In this document: piece after piece, positions 22,990 to 36,440 of the stretch | Position numbering within the stretch: position 1 is the first letter of the stretch | Layout of the letters: every line of letters starts with the position of its first letter | DNA from: Hypanus sabinus | Taxonomy: Eukaryota | Direction of reading: 5' to 3' | NCBI RefSeq assembly: GCF_030144855.1 | Contig: NC_082722.1 | Span: forward strand, 26,288,001-26,352,000 | Length of the DNA: 64,000 bases | Made by a program: the position numbers and the translations under genes | The notes under the pieces: model-generated | The model's database searches: none | What the model was told of the DNA's origin: nothing | What the model saw: only the letters and a program-made list of their open reading frames with translations

Positions 22990-24275
22990 GGAGCCGGAAA
23001 GCGTATTGTGTCTAAAGGAACTCGCCTTTTTTTCTTGGAGCGATGGAGGATGCGAAGTGAACTGATAGACGAGTATAGATGACGAGAGGCGTATGGATAG
23101 TCAGAGGCTTTTTCTCAGGGCTAGCAGGAGAAAGCACAATTTTAAGGTGCTTGGAAGTACGTACAGAGGAGATGGCAGGAGTAAGTTTATTTTAATGCTG
23201 GGGGTGAGTGTGTGGAATGAGCTGCTAGCGACGGTGATGGAGGCAAATGCGGAGGGTCTTAGGTGTGTAGGCAAATTCATGGCAAATGCAATTTAATGTG
23301 GATAAATGTGAGGTTATCCACTTTGGTTACAAGAACAGGCAAACAGATTATTATCTGAACGGCGGCCGATTAGGAAAAGGGGAGATGCAACGAGACCAGG
23401 ATGTCATTGTACACCAGTCATTGAAGGTGGGCATGCAGGTACAACAGGCGGTGAAAAATACAAGTGGTATGTTGGCATTCATAGCAAAAGGATTTGAGTG
23501 CAGGAGCAGGGAGATTCTACTGCAGCTGTACAAGGCCTTGGTGAGACAGCACCTGGAATACTGTGTGCAATTTTGTTCCCCTAATCTGAGGAAAGACATT
23601 CTTGCCATAGAGGGAGTACAGAGAAGGTTCACCAGATTGATTCCTGGGATGGCCGGACTTTCATATGAAGAAAGACTGGATCAACTAGGCTTACACTCAA
23701 TAGAATTTGAAGATTGAGGGGGTATCTTATTGAAACGTATACAATTCTAAAGGGATCGGACAGGCTAGATGCAGGAAGATTGTTTCCGATGTTGGGAAAT
23801 TCCAGAACAAGGGGTCACAGTTTAAGGATAAAGGAGAAGACTTTTAGGAGCAAGATGAGGAAAAACTTCTTCACACAGAGAGTGGTGAATCTGTGGAATT
23901 CTCTGCCAGAGGGAACAGTTGAGGGCAGTTCATTGGCTATATTTAAGAGGAAGTTAGATGTGGCCCTTGTGGCTAAAAGGATCAGGGTGTATGGAGAGAA
24001 ATAAGGTACAGGGTTCTGAATTGGATGATCAGACATGATCATACTGAATGGCGGTCCAGGCTCGAAAGGCAGAATGACCTACTCCTGCACCTATTTTCTA
24101 AGTTTCTATGTTTCTATGTCTTTTAAGAGCCTCCTGGATATGTACATAGAGTTTAGGAAAACAGAGGGCTATGGGCAACCCTAGGTGATTTCTAAGGTAA
24201 CGACATGTTTGGCACAGTTTTGTGGGCCGAAGAGTCTGATTGTGCTATAGGTTTTCTATGTTTCTAAGTTTCTAA
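22990..24275 (+). mobile_element. CR1 3' fragment with a second CR1 3' fragment (23261-24118) nested in it
   Basis: ORFs 23286-23717 and 23714-24004 are CR1 RT C-terminus with a ctatgttt tail. The host 3' UTR resumes at 24119, with TCTT on both sides (23257-23260, 24119-24122). Confidence 0.85.
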
Positions 24276-24664
24276 GAGGGGATTTGACAAGTTTGAAGGT
24301 GCTTTAGTGGGGCGTTGGCTAGGATGGAAATGTTTGGGGGGAGAGGGTGGGCTAAAATTGGCTAGGAAACATTGTTCTAATGTAGTATTAAACAGCTACA
24401 GTCCAACTACAACCAGCTGTCTGAAAACCAGGAGGATATGTTATTGAATTATGGTGTTCTTCTAGCTTTGATTGTGCTTCCCGGTTACGGTGTCATAATT
24501 GTTGACGGCCAATATAACAAAGATACTGCGGTTTCGGCAAAATCTGGAGGCTATATCTCAATGAGTGTAATCCTGCAGTTCCTAAAAACAATTGGATTAG
24601 AAAGGAACTTGCAATAATCCAGCCAGAGAGAAGGAACACCTGTCACAGGCAGCGTCTGTCCCAG

Positions 24665-25345
24665 GATATATAATCAGAAGTGGGAAGAGTGATCAGTTTC
24701 AAGTCCATTGGGGTCAAGCTCACTGAGGATCTAACCGGGACCCAATATATCGATGCAGCTATAAAGAAGGCAAGGCAACGACTATACTTCATGACGTGTT
24801 TGAAGAGACGTGGTACATCAACAGAAACACTCCAAAATTTTATAGGTGTACTACGGAGAGCATTCTGACAGGCTGCATCGCTGTCCGGTATGGCGGGAGA
24901 GGAGGTGTGCACAGACCCGAAAGAAGCTGCAGAGGGTCGTAAATTTAGTCGGCTCCATCTTGGGTACTAGCCTTCACAGTACTCAGGACACCTTCAAGGA
25001 GAGGTGTCTCAGAAAGGCAGTGTCCATTACTAAGGATCTTCAGAACCCAGGACATGCTCCTTTTCCGCTGTTACCATCAGTTAGGGGATACAGAAGCCTG
25101 AAGGTACACACTCAACGATGCAGGAACAGTTTCTTCCCCTCTGCCATATGATTCCTAACGTTGAAGCAGTGAATATTACCATTTTTAAATGTATATTGCT
25201 TCTGTATTTGCACGGTTTTAATCTATTTGATATACGTGTACTCTAATAGATTTACTTATTTGTTTGTTTATTTTTCTTTCTCTATATTATGTACTGCATT
25301 GAATTGCTGAAGCTAAGTTCACAAATTTCACGACACATGCCGGTG
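24665..25345 (+). mobile_element. Rex1/Babar-like LINE 3' fragment
   Basis: ORF FKSIGVKLTEDLTG...AAIKKARQRLYFMTCLKR and KLQRVVNLVGSILGTSL...RCRNSFFPSAI. Confidence 0.78.
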
Positions 25346-26159
25346 ATAATAAATCTGATTCTGACTCCGAACTGTCGATTCAATTGTGACAAACAACTTC
25401 TTTACCAGCCTGTCCACCTCTATCGACAATTGTACAGATGAGCGTGCCTGTACCTCTCGGTCTGCGTGTTCTGCTTCAACGCCCAGTGCAAGCTATTGCG
25501 TAATTCCTGCCTTAGTTTAACTAATCAATGCGCAACACTTTGCAAATGTCTCTGCAATTGCTTAGCCCACTTTTCCAGTCCCCCGAGTTAGTTGACTTTC
25601 ACTGTCTGGTGCATTGCTAATTCCACTGCATCCGGACATTTATTAACAACTTAAAAATACTATTAACCAAATATTTCAGAGATGTCATGCAATACTGAAA
25701 TCAGGATCTACCTCTTCAATACAGCACCAGTTGCAAGCCTTTACTCTTGGTATCAAATCTCCACTATCACCGTCTGATTCCTCGAGGAAACCAATTTTGT
25801 GTTCTTGTGTTCAATTGGCTGGCTCACTCTGGCTTCCATGTCGCCCAGCATTCTGTACTAGAGGGTTATACGTGACCTTGCAAAATTCAATTAAGATACA
25901 GTCTACAGCCCCGCCTTCACCAATTTTCTGCTCAGTGTCTACAAAACAATTGAATCTCTTGTGAGGGAGGATTTCCCATGCGAAATCCATGATGACGGTT
26001 ACTTTTACACTCTATGCCTTTCCGAATTGTGAAAGATTCTGTTCTTCATTCCAGTATCTTTCCCATCTGTACTTGCGGGCCTTCTTAAATGAATGCGCAT
26101 GAGCCACTTTTCAAAGATGCGGTAGCAAATTCCTGCTTAAAGGTGGTATTGATATCTCG

Positions 26160-29100
26160 GTTGTTTAAAACGGGAGCTTCGCGGGCGTTAGTCCATTGTG
26201 CGGGGCCTATCAGCGGCGGCTACTGAGCTCGACGAACTAAATAAAAGTATAGAATCTATAAGCGGAGCGGCCATTGTCGGGAGTAGGCCAGTGGCGAGAG
26301 CAGAAGTGACAGGCTTTGGCCCATTCAGGCTTCTGCGAAGTACGTGGGTAGGTGGACTTCGTTTTTGGGTTTTCTTAGCATTTTTTGAGGAATATGGAGT
26401 ATGTTGGTAGGGTTAGTATTTTGCTCTGGGTGTTAGACGTGGGAATCCCGAGAATCTTCCTGTCTCCTAGATTGCCACATCTGTGCCAGATGCACCGAGA
26501 TGCAGCACATGACAGGTCGTGTTAGGGGTCCGGAGGTGCGGCTGGATGACCTGCAGCATATTAGTGAGAATGAATAGGAGATAGACAGTAGCTACAGGAA
26601 GTTGGTCACCCCGAAGCAGCAGGAGTTAGATAAGTGGGTGGCGGCCAAGGAAGCGAGGGAAAGAGCTCAGATAGTAGAGAGCACCCCTGTGGCCACACCC
26701 CTCAGTAATCGTTATCTCGTTTTGGAAGCAGTTGATGGGGATGACCGGAAAGAGGACGACAACGGGGACCAGGTCTACGGCACTGAGCCTGGTTCCGTGG
26801 TGCAGAAGGGAAAGAGGAACATGACGGATGCAGTAGTCTTAGAGGATTCCAAAGTAAGGGGAACAGAAATGATGCTCTTTCAGCCTGATAGAGGTGCCTG
26901 CATAGAGTGTTGCCTCCCAGGTGCCAGTGTAAGGGGTGTCTCGGATCTGGTGCAGAGTGTTATGAAGGGAAAGGGTTACCAGCCAGATGTCGTGGTACAC
27001 GTTGGTACAATGGCATAGGTAGAACAAGTGAGGAAGCCCCGAAGAGAGAATTCAGGGAATTAGGTCGAAAGCTGAATAGCAGGTCCTCTAAGGTAGTAAT
27101 ATCATGATTGCTGCTTGAGCCACGTGCTAGCGAGAGCAAGAATAGCATGATCAGGCGTATTAGTGTGTGGCTGAAAGACTGCTGTAGGGGGCAGGGCTTC
27201 AGATGCCTGGATCTTTGGGGCTCTTCTGGAGCTGGTAGGACCAAAACAATTATGACGGATTACACCTGTGTTGCAACGAACGGGGCGAACCCAAACGCAG
27301 GACACTGGTACGGAGATGGAGCTAGGCTGCAGAAGAGGGCGTGAGCATGACTGGAACTTGACACGGAGCGTTGCTGGAGTGGAACGGCAAGCGGAAATGC
27401 AGGCGGCAGACAACCCTTATCTTGACACGGAGCGTTGCTGAGCTGAAAGGCAAATAGAAAGGAAAACGGCAGGCAATACTTTCCTTGACAGGGAGAGACA
27501 GAGTTACACAGGTGAGCCTTGGTACGGAAGTAAAACTTAGAATGCAGAATTCCAAGCGGCCCGGAACGTGAATTACTACACTGGCTAAAACAACGATCTG
27601 GCGATGAGTGGATTCAAAGCCGGGAAACTTATGCTGCAGGTTTAACAGAGAACCGCGATCAAGGGTAATTATGAAAATATGGGGAACTAACGGTCGGGAC
27701 CGTGATAGTATCCCTCCCCCCACCTCAACGGGAGGCTCCAAGAGAACCACCAGACTTACCCGAATTGTCGCGATGGAAATCTCGGATGAGGACAGAGTCC
27801 AAGATGAAGGAGCCGGGGATCCAGGTGCGCTCCTCGGGACCGTATCCCTTCCAATCGACCAGGGACTGGAGACGCCTGCCTCGGCACCGCAAATCCAGTA
27901 TTCGCCGGACAGTGTAAGCTGGGTAGTCGTCGATGACTCAGGCGGGTACAGGAGATTCAGCAGGAGGGCAAAAAGGGTTGACAGACACAGGTTTCAGTTG
28001 GGAGACGTGGAACGTGGATGAATGTGCACTGATCTGGGCAGTTTGAGTTTGTTCACTGAGTGGCTGATGATCCTGTCGATTTCGAATGGTCCGACGTAAC
28101 GAGGGGCGAGTTCCTTTGATTCATTCTTGAGGGGGATGTCTCTTGAAGAGAGCCAAACCTTCTGACCAGGTCGATAGTTGGACGGTGGAATTCGGTGGCT
28201 ATCGGCAATACTCCCGTTGCGGTCAGCGGACAGGAGCAGGGCCGAGCGTGCATCCTTCCAGCCCTGCGGCACTGGCGGAGATGGGCCTGAACTAAAGGCA
28301 CGATGTCGTCTTCGTGGGCAGAAGTAGAAGGGGTTAATCGCCTAGGAAGCATTCGAATGGAGACATTCCGGTTGCGGCGCTAACCAGGGAGTTGCGGGCG
28401 TACTCAGCCCAAGTGACCGGTGGTCTGTGGATCTTACTGAAGCTCCAAGGGCTTGGCAGAAGGATTTCCAGACTTGGGAGATGAATTGGAGACCTTGGTC
28501 AAAACAACGTCATAGGGAATTCCATGACGACGGAAGATATGGTGGAGAAGGAGGTCGGCATTTTCACGTGCTGTAGCGAGTTTAGGAAGGGCTATGAAGT
28601 GCTCGGCTTTGGATAACCAGTCCACCACGATGAGTACAGCAATGTTACCATGTGCAGGGGGTAGTCCAGTGACGAAATCCAGAACCATATGGGACCGAGC
28701 GGAGAGGTACAGGTAGGAGAGGAAGCAGCCCAGCAGGTGGCCGATGGGAGGCTTTTCCGTGGGCACACACAGTACAGGTAGAGACGAAGGAGCGAGTGTC
28801 AGCATCCATGGTAGTCCAACAGAAACGTTGCTTCAAAAGGGACAGTGTTCGACCGATTCCAGGATGGCAGGCGAACCAGGAAGTATGCTCCCACTGGGTA
28901 TCTGAGACCGGACAGAGTCAGGCACGAAGAGGCGATTGGGGGTCCATCGCGTGGGTCCAGTTGAGTCCGTGGTGCCTCTTGGACTATGGATTTGATCTCC
29001 CAGGTGAGGGAAGTCACAACACAGGATGGTGGAAAGATGGTATCAGGGTTGGAAAGGTCCTCCTCAGAGACATATTGAGGAGAGAGAGCATCTAGCTTCC

Positions 29101-32100
29101 CCTTCTTGGAATCGGGACAATAGTTAAGGGTATAATTGAAACGGCCAAAAAATAGTGCCCAACGGGCTTGACGGGAGTTAAGGCGTTTACCTGTATGGAT
29201 GTATGCCAGGTTCCAGGTTCTGTCCAGACGATGAATGGGTGTTATACTCCCTCCAGCCATTGCCTCCACTCCTCCAAGGCTTCTTTGGCGGCCAGTATCT
29301 CCCGGTTCCTAACGTCGTAGTTCAGTTCGGCAGGCTATAGACGGCGAGAAAAGAAGGCTCAAGAATCGAGCTTTCGGTCTGCGACGAAGCGTTGGGAGAG
29401 GACCGCTCCCACTCCCGAGTCGGAGGCGTCGACCCACAATCAAATAGCGAGAGGGTCAGGTTGGACCAGGATGGGAGCGGAGGTGAACCGCCTCTTCAGC
29501 TCCGAGAATGCTGAGTCCGCTTCGGGGGTCCAGTGCAAGAAGGTCGCAGGAGAGGTGAGCCGTGTAAGGGGTTCTGCCACCCGGCTGTAGTCACTAATGA
29601 AGCGACGGTAGAAGTTTGCGAACCCCAGAAATCGCTGGTGACGTTTGAGCGTCGTAAGTTTTGGCCACTCGGCCACAGTCCATATCTTTTCGAGATCCGC
29701 CCTCAGCTGCCCGCTCGCATTGATGTACCCCAGGAAACTGACGGAATGGACATGGAACTCGCACTTCCCTGCCTTAACAAATGCTGTAGCTTGTTCTCCA
29801 AAAGCCTCTGAAGGACCTGACGGACACGGTGGGCGTACTCAAGAACATTACGGCAGAAGATTAGGATGTCGTCCAGGTAACAGAAAACAAAACGATTAAT
29901 AAACTCTCTAAGGACGTAGTTCACCAGGGTTTTGAAGATGGTTGGAGCATTGACCGAATGGCATGACAGGTTTTCGGAATGACCGAGGGAGGTGTTAATA
30001 TATGCTTTCCATTCATCTCCCTCCCTCATCCTGACTAGATGATAGGCATTCCGCAGGCCCAACTTAGAGAGAATATTGGCTCCGTGAAGGGACTCAAATG
30101 CAGAACTGATAAGGGGCAGGGATACTTATTCTTTATGGTGATGCTATTCAGGCCACGCTAGTCAATGCATGGGCGCAGTGAGCTGATTTCTTCCTCAGAA
30201 AGAAGAAAGACGCGCCTACAGGGGAAGATGAGGGTCGGATAATACCAGCCGCGAGGAAGTCATTTACGTACGTCTCCATAGCTTCTCTTTCTGGTCGGGA
30301 CAGGTTGTACAGCCGACTGGTGGGTAGAGAGGGTCCGGGGAGAAAGTCAATTGCGCAATCGTAAGGGCCGTGTGGAGGCAGAGAAAGGGCCCGTTGCTTG
30401 CTAAACACTTCTCCCAGATCGTGATTCTCGACGGGATCCTTGGACAAGCCAGGGGGCTCGGAGGCGGACGAGGTCACGGTGACGTCGACTTGGCAGGGGC
30501 TAATTGCAGAGAAGAGGAATGGCAGAACGAGGTCCAGCTGACTATCTTCCCGGTGCCCCAATCGATATAGGGTTTTTGGCGGCTTAATCAGGTGTGGCCA
30601 AGAGCTATAGGGGCTTGAGGAGAGGAAACTAAATTGAATCATACGTGTTCCCGATGGTTTCCGGAGAAAAGGAGAAGCAGGGGCTCCGTAAAGTGTGTGA
30701 TTCGGGCCAGGAGTCTTCCGTCCAGAGCCCGGGCATTCGGGGGTTGGGGGGGGGGGAGTAGGGTGTACAGTGCTCACGAGGAATTCCGGCTTGGAAGGTT
30801 AAGATTTCATACAAAAAGTTTCCCTCTGCGCCGGAGTCCTAACCGAGGCAAGGACTGTTGGTTGTAACACAAAGTGGCTTGAAACTGCATCCGAGGTCGC
30901 GGTACGGATGGGAATGTTGTCTGGCTCACCAGGATACCCCCTACAACTGGTGAGCCTTCTCTTTTTGGCCGAAGGGGGCAGGTGGCAAGGAAGTGGACGG
31001 ACTGGCCGCAATATACACACTCATCCGCTCTCATTCTCCAGATTTGTTCAGCGGGAGAAAGGCGGTTCCGTTCCAGCTGCATGGGTTCCTCTCCCGGAGA
31101 GGTGGAAACAGCAGGGCTGGGAGCTACTCGGGGTGTAGAAGGACGAGAGAGGCTTGTGCTGGCGGGAGGCGGTAATGAATGCCGAGAAGTGGCCAAAGGT
31201 GGTGGACGACCAGCTCTTTCTGTATGGCGTTCTAGGAGGTCATTGTTCAACCTGGTGGCTAGGGAGATCAGGGAGTCCAGGCTGTCAGTATCATCTCTTG
31301 CCGCCAACTCATCCTTCACCAGAACGCTGAGTCCATTCCAAACACCACAGGAGTGACTAATCGTTCCACCTCGAGTTGGCCGTTAACGGCCGGAACTCCA
31401 CGGAATATTCGGTAAAACTGCGGAAGCCCTGGCGGAGAACGAGTAGATGCATGACGGTGTCTTTACCACGGACGGGGTGATCAGAGATCTTTCTTATTTC
31501 CTCCATAAAAATGGAGAAAGAAGAGCAGATATCCAGTTGGTTGTCTCAAACTGCTGTAAGCCACGCTAATGCACTTCCCCGTAGCAACTCCATGATATAT
31601 GAAATCTTTGCCTTCTCTGTGGAAGAAGTTGATGCCTGCTGTTCAAACACCAGGAAGCACTGAAAGAGGAAGGCCCGGCACTTCCACAATTCTCCTACGT
31701 AGTGCTCCGGCTCAGGTACGTGAGGCTCTCTGCGCGGGGATGTTGGTGACTCCTGGGGGGTGGCCGCTACAGGCTGTCTGGGCTAGCTTGGCTGGGTTCC
31801 AGGAGTAGGTTGAGTGAAATGAGCCGGGACACGCTCCACCTGGTTACCGATCTGCGTGACGTCAGCAGACAGCGAACGGAGATTCTCTCTGACCTCCCGG
31901 AGGAGATGGTCGTGCTGTCGCAGTAGAGAACCCTGGCCGGCGAGGGCTTGTTGAAGGATGGTTGTGTCCTCTGGGCCCATGGCAGCCAGATCGCTCTGTT
32001 GCACCAAAACGCAGGACACTGGCACGGAGATAGAGTTAGGATGCAGACGAGTGCGTGATCGTTTGTGGAGTTGAACGGCAAGCAGAAAGGCAGGCGGCCG

Positions 32101-35100
32101 GCAACCCTTATCTCGACACGGAGCGTTGCTGAGCTGAACGGCAAATGGAAAGGCAAACGGCAAGCAATTTGTATCCTGACACGGAGTGACAGATTTACAT
32201 AGGTAAACCACGGTACGGAAGTAAAACTAGATTACACAATCTTAACCGGCAGGGAACGCGAATTACTACACCGGCTAAAACAACGATCTGGCAACGAGTG
32301 GATACGAAGCCGGGATATTTGTGCTCCAGGTTTAAATGAGAATCAAGTGTGCCGCAATCAAAGGGAAGAAGGAGAATATGAGGAATTAACTGTTGGGACC
32401 GTGACAACCTGAACCCAAAGGGTCCAATATCCTAGCGGGCACATTTAAATGAGCTGTTAGAAAGCGTTTAAACTAATTTGGCAGTGGGTTGGAAATCGGA
32501 GTGATAGGGTCCAGGAAGGAGAGAACAGAAGTAAATCAAATATAATGTGCAACAGAGACTATAGTAAAAAAAAAGGCAGGAGATGAGGCTTAATCACAGC
32601 CACTGGCGTGAGTTGCAGGGCAATACAGACGTGGTGCAGTTGAAACAGAAAACAATTAGTACTGGACTGAAAGTGTTATAATTGAATGCACGCAGCATAA
32701 GGAATAACATGGACGATGTTGAAATTCAGCTACAGATTGGCAAATACGACGGTGTGTTCATCTCTGAAACTTGGCTAAACGACAGCTGTCATTTAAAGCC
32801 TAACGTCCAAGGAATTCCGGTGTATCAGAAAGACAGGTTAGTAGGCAGAGTGGATGGTGTGGCACTATGTATAAGAAACCATATTAAATCATTAGAAAAA
32901 GATGACATAGGATTGGAAGGTGTAGAGACTCTATGGATTGAGTTAAGAAATGGCAAAGGTAAAACGACCCTAATCGCAGTTGTTTACAGTCCTCCAAACG
33001 GCATCTGGGATGTGGATTACAAAATACAGCAGGAGATAGGAAAGGCGTGACAGAAAAGCAATAACATTATAATCGTTGGGGATTTTAACATGTCAGTGGA
33101 TTGGGAAAACCAGTACAGTACTGGACCTGAATGGGGAGATTTGTCGAATGTCCAAAGAATGGCTTTTTAGAACAGCTTGTTATTGAGCCCAAGAGGGGAT
33201 CGGCTGCGTTGGAGTGGGCGTTGTGCAATGATCCGGGGGTGATAAGAGAGCTTAATGTTAAGGAACCCTTAACGATAAGAGCGAGTTCGCATTGAAATTT
33301 GAGAGGGAAAAATAAAATCCAATATGTCAGTATTTAGTGGAATAAAGAAAAGTAATATGGGATGAAACGAAAACTGGTTGAAGTTGACTGGAAATGGACA
33401 TTTGCAGCAATGCTTGGAGATTCTGCAAAGAATTAGGGAAATGCAAAACAGATATATTCCAAATAAGAACAAATTCTCACCGGGAAGAAGGACACTACTG
33501 GGGATGTCAAGTGAAGTCAGAGCCAAAGTAAAAGCAAAAGAGAGGGTATACAAGGCCACGAAAGCAACTGGGAATAAAGAGGATTGGGAAGCTTTTAAAA
33601 CTTTGCAGACGGAAACTAAGAAGGTCATTAGGAATGAAAAGATGCATTATTAAAGGAAGCTGGTGACAATTATCAAATAAGATACTAAAGTTTTTTTAGG
33701 TATATAAAGTATAAACGAGAGTTAAGGGTAGATATAGGACCAAAATAAAAATGACGCTGGAGATACTGTAATGAGAGGTGCAGCGATGGCAGAGGAACTC
33801 AATGCATATCCATCAGTCTTCTTAGTGGAGGACGTTCTTAAGGAAGTAGTTGGACAGAGAATGCGAAGGCATTAACAATGATCTTTCAGGAATCGATAGA
33901 TTTTGCCATTATACTGGATGACTGGAAAATTCTATATGTTCCTCCGCTATTTAAAAAGGTTTTGAGACAGCAGAAAGGAAACTATAGACCTGTTAGTCTG
34001 ACATTAGTGTTTGGGAAATTGTTGGAACCGATAGCTAAGGATGAGATTACGGAGTACCTGGAGGTACATGACAAGATAGGTCAAGGCCAGCATGATTTCC
34101 CGAAAGGAAAATCCTGCCTGACAAGCCTGCTGCAATTCTTTGAGGAAATTAAAAGTAGTGTAGACAAAGGAGTTGCAGTAGACCTGCTGTACTTAGATTT
34201 TCAGAAGACCTTTGACAAGGTGCCGCACAAGAGGCTGCTTAGCAAGATAAGAGCCCATAGAATTACAGGGAAGTTAGTTGCATGCGTAGAGCATCGGCTG
34301 GTAGGCAAAAAAAAAACAGAGAGTGGGAATAAAGGGATCTTATTCTAGCAGGTTGCCGGTAACCAATGGAGTTCCACAGGGGTAAGTGTTGGAACAGCTG
34401 CTTTTTATGATGTATTTCAATGAGTTGGACTACGGTATTAGTAACTTTGCCAATAACACAAAGATAGGTAGAGGAGTGGGTAGTGTAGAGGAAACAAAGC
34501 CTGCCGAGAGACTTAGAGAGTTTAGGGGAATGGGCAAAGTAGGGACAAATGAAATACCATGTTGGAAAGTGTATGGTCATGCACTTTGTTTTAATAATTA
34601 AACAGGCAAACTAGTATTTAGATGGTGAGATAATTCAAAATGCAGAGATGCAAAGTAACTTGGGAGCTCTTGTACGAGATACCCTAACGGTTCACCTCCA
34701 GTTTGTATCGGTTCTGAAGAAGGCGAATGTAATGTTGGCATTCATCTCTAGAGGTATGGAATATAAGAGCACAGGTGTGATGCTAAGGCTGTATGAGGCA
34801 CTCGTCAGACCAGACTTGGAATAGTGTGTGCAGTTTTGGGCTCCTTATTTTAGAAAGGATACGCAGAGAGGCATGTGTGCTTGGAATGGGCTGCCGGCGG
34901 TGGTGGTGGAACGGAAACAGTAGGGTCTTTTGAAAGACTCCTGGATGGTTACCTGGAGCTCAGAAAAATAGAGGGCTGTGGGTAAAGTCTGAGTAGTTCT
35001 AAGGTGGGGATATGTTTGGCACAGCTTTGTGGGCCAAAACAGCTGTATATTTCTGTAGGTTTTCTATGTTCTATGTTCTATGATATACTGACATTGGAGA

Positions 35101-35400
35101 TGGTGCAGAGGAGATTCACGAGAGTGATTCCAGGAATGAAAGGGTTATCACATGAGGTACGCCTGGCAGTTATTGGACTGTTTTCACTGGAGTTCAGGGG
35201 AATGAGGGTGATCTCATAGAAACATTCTGAATGTAAAAAGACCTGAACAGATTAGATATGTCAAAATTATTTCTCATGCTAGGGGATTCTAGTACTTGGG
35301 AGCACGACTTCAGGAATTAAGTACATCCATTTAGAAGTGAGATGCGGAGAAATTACTTCAGTAAGAGTGTGGTGTGTCTGTGTAATTTGTTACCACGTGC
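26160..35400 (+). mobile_element. Near full-length degenerate CR1 (5' UTR, ORF1, ORF2), interrupted by the Gypsy element 27269-32406
   Basis: ORF1 esterase motifs 26602-27018 (CLPGASVRGVSD, VVHVGT); APE 32682-33050 (NARSIRNN, ISETWL, AVVYSPP); RT 33878-34600 (DFQKTFDKVPH). Confidence 0.88.
27269..32406 (-). mobile_element. Full-structure Ty3/Gypsy chromovirus (Sushi-like): LTR-gag-pro-RT-RH-IN-chromodomain-PPT-LTR, degenerate
   Basis: LTRs at 27269-27707 and 31997-32406; TSD ACCTG at 27264-27268 and 32407-32411; PPT next to 27708. Gag MGPEDTTILQQALAGQG and CCHC CVYCGQSVHFLATC; [27 protein letters not shown]; IN HMVLDFVTGLP; chromodomain [32 protein letters not shown] (~27770-27935). Confidence 0.95.
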
Positions 35401-35419
35401 GGGTGTCGAGTCCACGTGC

Positions 35420-35695
35420 CTCCTTCTACTACCCAACGTGCTTTCGCCTTGCATTTCTTCTTCACCTTTCCTGCTTATCCCCTCCCTGCTTCCCCTCCGT
35501 CACCCCCTCATCTTTTCCCTTGCTGGTTTTTCACCTGGCACCTACCAAACTTCTCTTTCCCATTCTCCCCCCACCATCTTTATAGGGCAGGTGTCCCCAC
35601 GCTCTTCTGTCCTGAAGATGGGTCTCGGCCCGAAAGGTTGACTGTTCTCTTCCACGGATGCTGCCCGACCTGCTGAGTTCCTCCAGCGTGCTGGA
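35420..35695 (+). repeat. Penelope-derived repeat
   Basis: Ends gaagatgggtctcggcccgaaaggttgactg...gctgcccgacctgctgagttcctccagc, the common terminus of this family. Confidence 0.7.
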
Positions 35696-35698
35696 GTC

Positions 35699-35990
35699 GG
35701 AGCCGGGACTCTTCTTGGACACAGGATACAGAACCGAGTGCCGGGGGTCTTCTTGGACACAGGACATAGAGTCGGAACTTTTTCTTGGATACAGGATATC
35801 CTGCCGGGACTCTTTTTGGACACAAGACACAGTGCATGGACTTTTCTTGGGCATAGGACATAGAGCTGGGACTTTCCTTGGAGACGGTACAGAGCCGGGA
35901 CACTTTCTTGGATACAGGGCACAGAGCCAGGACTCTTCCTTAGATAGAATACACAGAGCTGGGACTCTTCATGGACACAGGGCACAGATC
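35699..35990. repeat. Degenerate ~31-bp minisatellite (consensus agagccgggactcttcttggacacaggacac), about 9-10 units
   Basis: Directly visible head-to-tail units with no unique spacers. Confidence 0.85.
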
Positions 35991-36134
35991 CGAGCTTCTG
36001 GGTGTGGGTCCTGACGGGGACTCTGACGAGGTGTCAGGAACGGGGGCAGGATTGGACCCAAATACAGGACGCAGACATTCAAGTACCAGGGGTTGGACTG
36101 GATGGGGATGCCATGGCATGCAATGGGTCAGGCA

Positions 36135-36440
36135 GGCGGGGCTGGATCCCGGAGGTCAGGCGAGGCGGGAGGATCCCAGAATTCGGACGAGGCAGGAGGA
36201 TCCCAGAGTTCGGACGAGGTAGGAGGATCACAGAGTTCGGACCAGGCAGGAGGAACCCAGTGTTCGTGGCAGACAGGAAGATCCCGGAGTTCACAGCAGG
36301 CGGGGGACCCCAGAGTTCGCGGCAGGCAGGGGTGTCCCCCTTGTTCAGGCAGGGCAGGAGGATTCCTCATAATCCCAGAGCTCGTGGCAGACAGGAAGAG
36401 TCCCGAGTTCGTGGCATGCAGGAGGATTCCTCCTGGCGGG
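36135..36440. repeat. Degenerate ~22-26-bp GC-rich minisatellite (ggcaggaggatcccagagttcg)
   Basis: Repeated ggcaggaggatcccagagttcggacga-like units; the translated ORF shows GRRIPEF repeats. Confidence 0.8.

Noticed and set aside
35699-36440. CRISPR-like repeat array
   Set aside because: Units are head-to-tail without unique spacers, are degenerate, have no cas genes nearby, and the context is vertebrate.
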